NCBI GenBank assembly: GCA_029882335.1
Contig: JAOUKW010000097.1
Location: 1-11,663, forward strand
DNA from: Candidatus Heimdallarchaeota archaeon
GTDB lineage: Archaea > Asgardarchaeota > Heimdallarchaeia > Heimdallarchaeales > Kariarchaeaceae
DNA: 11,663 bases
Reading direction: 5' to 3'
Under the pieces are notes generated by a model, which was not told the origin of the DNA, searched no databases, and worked only from the letters and a program-made list of their open reading frames with translations. Both the position numbers and the translations under genes were made by a program. Of the stretch, positions 7,928-11,663 are shown piece by piece (position 1 is the first letter of the stretch; each line of letters begins with the position of its first letter).

Positions 7928-10624
7928 ATGAAGTTACTAAGATTAGTGGGTATGGGCTCTCAGGTTTTAAATGATTGGGTAAGAGAAATTATCTCAAATA
8001 TGTATGAGACTACATTGGATAGAGTTCTAGAGAAAATAGATAATTTTTTGAATCTAAATCTAAATAGTGAATCAAGCCTATCTCTCTTATTTCTTAAAAT
8101 AAAATGCCTTGAAGTAAAGGGTGATCATGGTGAAATATTAAATATCATAGAGGATTTACATCAATTCCCAGATCATACCTATCTCAAAAATATTTTCCAG
8201 ATAATTAAACTACAAATTGAATTATATACTAAAGATAAAAATGAAATTCTAAACAATGTAAAAATATTAGATTCCCTTAATTTAAACGGTGTGGATAAAG
8301 AATACTTAATAGAATTACATGGGGACATATTTGCATTACGAGGTGATTACAACAAAGCTATAGAACAATTTATACAGATTGATAATTCTGAATTTTATCT
8401 TGATTATGATAGGGAATATAGATTAAAAAATAAAATTGCTCAATCTTATCGAGAATTAAAAGAATATAGTCAAGGATTCAAATATGTAAATTCAATGATT
8501 GAGGATCAGGAAATAAACCGATATTCCCCTCAGCTAGCGATAGCACTTAACATTAAAGGAATTATTCTATCAGATTTGGGTAAATTTGATGAAAGTATAG
8601 ACTATTTGAACAAATCTTTGAGCATTAAAAATAGGTATAAGAATCCATTTGAAATTTCCAAAACTTATAATAATTTAGCCACCAATTATTTTTATAAAGG
8701 AGATTACATCAATGCAGAAAATTTCTTTTTAAAAAGCCTTGCAATGAGAAGAGCTACGGGTGACAAGAGAAAGATAGCTCATCTTTGTTCAAACTTAGCA
8801 GTATTTTATAATTACATCAATAACTATAGTAAAGCAATTGATTATTACAATGAAAGTATTACCTATTTTGAAGAATTAGGTAATGACATTGAATTATCTC
8901 AAGCTATCAATAATTTAGGTTTCTTACAATTCCAGAATCAAGAATATTTACAAGCTATTGAAAATTTTAATGCATCTTTAAAATTGCGAAAAAAAATAGA
9001 TAATGAAGAACACATTGCAGAAACATTATATTTTTTGGCATTAACCAAATATCGATTGGGATATTTCAAGAAAGCAGAAAAAATATCTGTTGAATTATTA
9101 AAATATAGGGAGACTGTTGGAAATAAACATCATCTTGCTGATACATTAGAATTACTCGGTGGATTATCAATGCATAAAGGTGATTTGTATGAGTCAATGC
9201 AATATTTTGATCGATGTAAGCAATATCGTCTTGAGATAGGAAATAATCATTTTACTTCTAATTGTTATATGGAGATCGCTAAATTACATCGAATAAAAGG
9301 TGAATATAATTTAGCCCTTGGTATGCTTACAAACGCATTGGAATTTATTGATAAATTACCATTAGATAAACTTAGAATTGATATTTCATATCAAATTGGT
9401 CTGGTACATTTAGAAAATCTCGATGTTACAGCCGCACAAAATACAATTGAATTAATGGAGCAATTAATATCAAATCAAGCAGATACACCTTCAAATAAAG
9501 TTCCACTTGAATTATTAAAAAATAAATTAAATAAATTGATATCAGGATCAATTGATAATATACATGTGAGAGATCTATATGATATTATTTTTAGTGGGAA
9601 AATAAAAAACATTGACCTTGTTTCGGATATAGTATTAAATTTATGTAGTACAATTACAGATGAGTTACAGCTAATAACAAATAAATCATTGTTTGAAAAA
9701 GCATTTAATTTACTTGCAAAATTAATAGAAATTTCAGAACAAACTGGTTCTCAACTACTATTATGTGAAGTATATTTATTGAAAGCTAGATTATATCTGG
9801 TCCAAAATAACCAAAATGCAATTCTTGAAAACTTAAATGAAGCAGAAAATATTGCTAATTCTCATGGATTGGGAGTAATAATCGACAAAACAAAGAACAT
9901 AAGATTAAATATAGGACTCTATACTAAGATGATTAATCTAAATAGAGATTTACAACGTTCTAATGAAGATTTGCAAAACTTTGTAGGAATAATATCACAT
10001 GATCTAAGAAATCCATTATCTATTATTGCACAATCAATAGAATTAATTAAAGTTCAAAATCCAGAGTTATTTAATAACAAGGACAGTCCAGTTACTTTCA
10101 TCGAACATAGTACTGAAAAAATTCAAAACATATTATCATCTATGGTTGAAATGTCTAAATTTAGAAAAATTGATCATCCTCATCAATTGATAAATTTCAA
10201 TGATATAATCACGAGCATTAAAACGATTTATTTGAAAGATATAATTAACACCACTGGAGCAAAAATCAATATAATAGGAGATTTTCCAGTTGTTTATGGA
10301 GATTCCACACAAATTTTTCAACTTCTACATAATTTAATTGATAATTCAATCAAATATAGAAAAATGGACGTCATCCCTGAAATTGTCATCTCTAGTAGAT
10401 CTAATGATATCGAAAAAGTAATAGAAGTCATTGACAATGGAATTGGAATCAATAAGAAGGATATCGATAATATTTTTAAAATGTTTCAAAGAGGGGAGAA
10501 TATTTCCTCAATTAATGGATCTGGTATTGGTCTCGCAATTTGCTCTCGAATCATGCAAAATCATAATGGTACAATTATAGTTGAATCTAATGATCAAATT
10601 ACTAAATTTATACTTACTTTTTAA
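7928..10624 (+). CDS. soluble TPR-repeat sensor histidine kinase (HisKA + HATPase_c at C-terminus)
   Basis: 898-aa ORF. About 650 aa carry TPR-like repeats, for example ALNIKGIILSDLGKFDESIDYLNKSLSI, YNNLATNYFYKGDYINAENFFLKSLAM and INNLGFLQFQNQEYLQAIENFNASLKL. A coiled-coil linker follows. The H-box is FVGIISHDLRNPL (His at nt 9998-10000), the N-box is HNLIDNSIKY, G1 is DNGIGI and G2 is GSGIGLAI. No hydrophobic TM segment is seen. Confidence 0.9.
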   Translation: MKLLRLVGMGSQVLNDWVREIISNMYETTLDRVLEKIDNFLNLNLNSESSLSLLFLKIKCLEVKGDHGEILNIIEDLHQFPDHTYLKNIFQIIKLQIELYTKDKNEILNNVKILDSLNLNGVDKEYLIELHGDIFALRGDYNKAIEQFIQIDNSEFYLDYDREYRLKNKIAQSYRELKEYSQGFKYVNSMIEDQEINRYSPQLAIALNIKGIILSDLGKFDESIDYLNKSLSIKNRYKNPFEISKTYNNLATNYFYKGDYINAENFFLKSLAMRRATGDKRKIAHLCSNLAVFYNYINNYSKAIDYYNESITYFEELGNDIELSQAINNLGFLQFQNQEYLQAIENFNASLKLRKKIDNEEHIAETLYFLALTKYRLGYFKKAEKISVELLKYRETVGNKHHLADTLELLGGLSMHKGDLYESMQYFDRCKQYRLEIGNNHFTSNCYMEIAKLHRIKGEYNLALGMLTNALEFIDKLPLDKLRIDISYQIGLVHLENLDVTAAQNTIELMEQLISNQADTPSNKVPLELLKNKLNKLISGSIDNIHVRDLYDIIFSGKIKNIDLVSDIVLNLCSTITDELQLITNKSLFEKAFNLLAKLIEISEQTGSQLLLCEVYLLKARLYLVQNNQNAILENLNEAENIANSHGLGVIIDKTKNIRLNIGLYTKMINLNRDLQRSNEDLQNFVGIISHDLRNPLSIIAQSIELIKVQNPELFNNKDSPVTFIEHSTEKIQNILSSMVEMSKFRKIDHPHQLINFNDIITSIKTIYLKDIINTTGAKINIIGDFPVVYGDSTQIFQLLHNLIDNSIKYRKMDVIPEIVISSRSNDIEKVIEVIDNGIGINKKDIDNIFKMFQRGENISSINGSGIGLAICSRIMQNHNGTIIVESNDQITKFILTF

Positions 10625-10994
10625 TTTTTATTCACTTAAACTACAATTTTTACAGAAATGGATATTTTACTCTGATAATTTATACATAGAGAAACTGAAG
10701 CTTGTAGGTAAATTTCTGAATTTTTGACAATATATACTAAATTAGTACTACCTAGGTTGTATTTAACTAACGATAAATGTAAATTCACCAATGATTAAAT
10801 TCTTAAGTATCCCCACCAATTATTTAATTTCAGATACTATAAGTCAGTATTACAAATTGATTTTTTTACCTAAGTCTATTCAGAGAGTGAATTTAAGTTA
10901 TCTCTTCCCATTTCATATACCATTTTTTCTAATATTTCCGATATTGTCTAGTTTTTTCCATTCTTCTGACACACTCCGCGTTCCGTAAATGTAG

Positions 10995-11004
10995 TTTTAT
11001 ATAT
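10995..11004 (+). promoter_or_regulatory. candidate archaeal TATA box for the 5S-like RNA gene
   Basis: TTTTATATAT lies about 30-40 nt upstream of the first base of the terminal stem (11036). A second TATA-like TATAGATAAA sits at 11012-11021. The background is so AT-rich that either could be chance. Confidence 0.3.
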
Positions 11005-11035
11005 TTTCTATCTATAGATAAATTAGAGAAAAGTC

Positions 11036-11184
11036 AATTCACAAGCCGGGAAAGTTAAGCCTTGCCACGAACGATAATACTAATATACGCGAGTTTTTGG
11101 GAAACTCGTTTGCTGCAAAAGGATTGCGGCCAAAGGGCGAGGGCTACACCGGGAAACATTCCGAACCCCGATAGCTTGTGAATT
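11036..11184 (+). rRNA. circularly permuted 5S rRNA-like gene including flanking BHB-like processing stem (predicted mature body about 11053-11172)
   Basis: This is a GC-rich island in an AT-rich spacer. Segment 11124-11166, TTGCGGCCAAAGGGCGAGGGCTACACCGGGAAACATTCCGAAC, matches the 5S 5' half (helix I 5' strand, loop A, helix II, helix III and the loop C CAUUCCGAAC signature). Segment 11050-11066, GAAAGTTAAGCCTTGCC, matches what normally follows immediately (GAAGUUAAGC plus the helix II 3' strand), yet it is encoded about 100 nt upstream. Four pairings are visible. Helix II is GGCGAGG 11136-11142 with CCTTGCC 11060-11066. Helix III is CGGG 11150-11153 with CCCG 11167-11170. Helix I is GCTGCAA 11112-11118 with TTGCGGC 11124-11130, capped by AAGGA. 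A perfect 11-bp terminal stem pairs AATTCACAAGC 11036-11046 with GCTTGTGAATT 11174-11184. Confidence 0.65.
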
Positions 11185-11207
11185 TGAGTGACTCAAGCAT
11201 TGTGCAA

Positions 11208-11213
11208 TTTTTT
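11208..11213 (+). terminator. oligo-T (T6) candidate terminator downstream of the 5S-like RNA
   Basis: The TTTTTT run lies 24 nt after the terminal stem. It is preceded by small hairpins (TGAG/CTCA at 11185-11195 and GCA/TGC at 11197-11205). Archaeal RNA polymerase terminates at T-runs. Confidence 0.4.
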
Positions 11214-11412
11214 GTTTCACTTTTTTCAAGAATAGACTTAATAAGCAGCTATTGCATAAATCTCCCATTCCTTTTGGTGGTTTGATTATTTTCATTACTG
11301 ATAAGGTTTGGTTACAAAGTGTATGAATTCCTGATGCATTGTAAACCATATGAATTTTTGAGCATTATAAATTATAATAATCAATTTGTATATAAATAAA
11401 TAAATAACAACA

Positions 11413-11445
11413 ATTTTCAAAATTTTTCAAAATTGTAGAAAATTG
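11413..11445. promoter_or_regulatory. three helically phased copies of (C/G)AAAATT, candidate operator or bent DNA
   Basis: CAAAATT starts at 11418, CAAAATTG at 11428 and GAAAATTG at 11438, an exact 10-bp period. TTTTCAAAATT occurs twice, at 11414-11424 and 11424-11434. The outer arms CAATTTT and AAAATTG are inverted. The element lies about 80-110 nt upstream of the ATG at 11522. Confidence 0.3.
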
Positions 11446-11491
11446 TTGAATAAGCGCTAATTTGAACAACAACAGAAAAAAAAATATTTTA

Positions 11492-11500
11492 TTTATATAT
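11492..11500 (+). promoter_or_regulatory. candidate TATA box positioned for a leaderless transcript of the downstream CDS
   Basis: TTTATATAT is centred about 26 nt upstream of the ATG at 11522. No SD-like sequence lies in between. An A-rich tract (11476-11484) lies upstream. Confidence 0.35.
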
Positions 11501-11521
11501 AATTCAAATAATTAGTATGTA

Positions 11522-11663
11522 ATGGTAACAGAAACCAACATATTGGATAATCATATTGAAGCTGTAAACAACAACCTAAACCCATTAGTTGTTGATATTA
11601 TGGTCAAACTCGATATGGATCCTGCAGATATAGAATACATGCATGAATTATCACCATATTTAA
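11522..11663 (+). CDS. hypothetical protein, 5' partial (runs off the window)
   Basis: ATG at 11522, then 47 stop-free codons to the window edge: MVTETNILDNHIEAVNNNLNPLVVDIMVKLDMDPADIEYMHELSPYL. This is not in the supplied ORF track, presumably because it is truncated. The acidic, non-low-complexity composition looks coding. No family is recognisable. Confidence 0.4.
   Translation, partial: MVTETNILDNHIEAVNNNLNPLVVDIMVKLDMDPADIEYMHELSPYL

Noticed and set aside
10136-10321. 61-aa ORF antisense to the histidine kinase gene
   Set aside because: It is nested antisense within the HisKA/HATPase region of a confident CDS and is most likely a chance ORF.
10791-10988. 65-aa ORF on the + strand in the spacer after the kinase gene
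   Set aside because: The translation is T-rich and low-complexity (F/L/I/S/P). By a rough base-composition estimate, about one ORF of this length is expected by chance in the non-coding DNA of this window. There is no SD or TATA at a sensible distance. A small membrane peptide cannot be excluded.
11036-11184. GC-rich island as a tRNA, SRP RNA or RNase P fragment, or as the junction of two tandem 5S genes
   Set aside because: No cloverleaf or T-loop GTTCRANYC is present, and the length and motifs do not fit SRP or RNase P. Tandem genes are excluded because the two native-end strands are separated by only a 5-nt loop. No complementary halves exist upstream or downstream.
11080-11349. 89-aa ORF on the - strand
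   Set aside because: Its C-terminal third is the antisense reading of the GC-rich 5S-like structured RNA, where GC enrichment suppresses stop codons. The rest is an AT-rich spacer with no RBS or motif. The RNA interpretation explains the conservation-like signal better.

Overview
This is an AT-rich prokaryotic chromosomal window, roughly 30% GC by eye and most likely archaeal. The hints are an archaeal-type ValRS editing motif, TATA-like promoters and oligo-T terminators. Gene order is as follows. (1) A compact valyl-tRNA synthetase, 4-2139 (+). (2) A small TPR-like hypothetical protein, 2234-2758 (+). (3) A histidine-phosphatase (PGAM-like) enzyme, 2769-3392 (-). (4) A 7-TM rhomboid-like membrane protein, 3583-4380 (+). 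(5) A 1096-aa secreted surface protein, 4538-7828 (+), made of a unique head domain plus 8 tandem ~112-aa domains, with a signal peptide and a C-terminal TM/basic sorting-type tail. (6) An 898-aa soluble TPR + histidine kinase, 7928-10624 (+). (7) About 900 bp of non-coding DNA. (8) The 5' end of another CDS from 11522. The strongest finding lies in the non-coding stretch. A GC-rich island at 11036-11184 (+) reads as a circularly permuted 5S rRNA gene: the 3' half is encoded before the 5' half, and helix I is capped by a 5-nt loop. It is flanked by a textbook-geometry bulge-helix-bulge (BHB) motif. Cleavage and ligation there would yield a ~120-nt circle that restores the canonical 5S loop C/loop B junction. 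The second candidate is a possible sorting pair, formed by the rhomboid-like membrane protein and the adjacent surface protein with its tripartite C-terminal signal. All calls were made by eye from the sequence and the ORF track. No searches were run.
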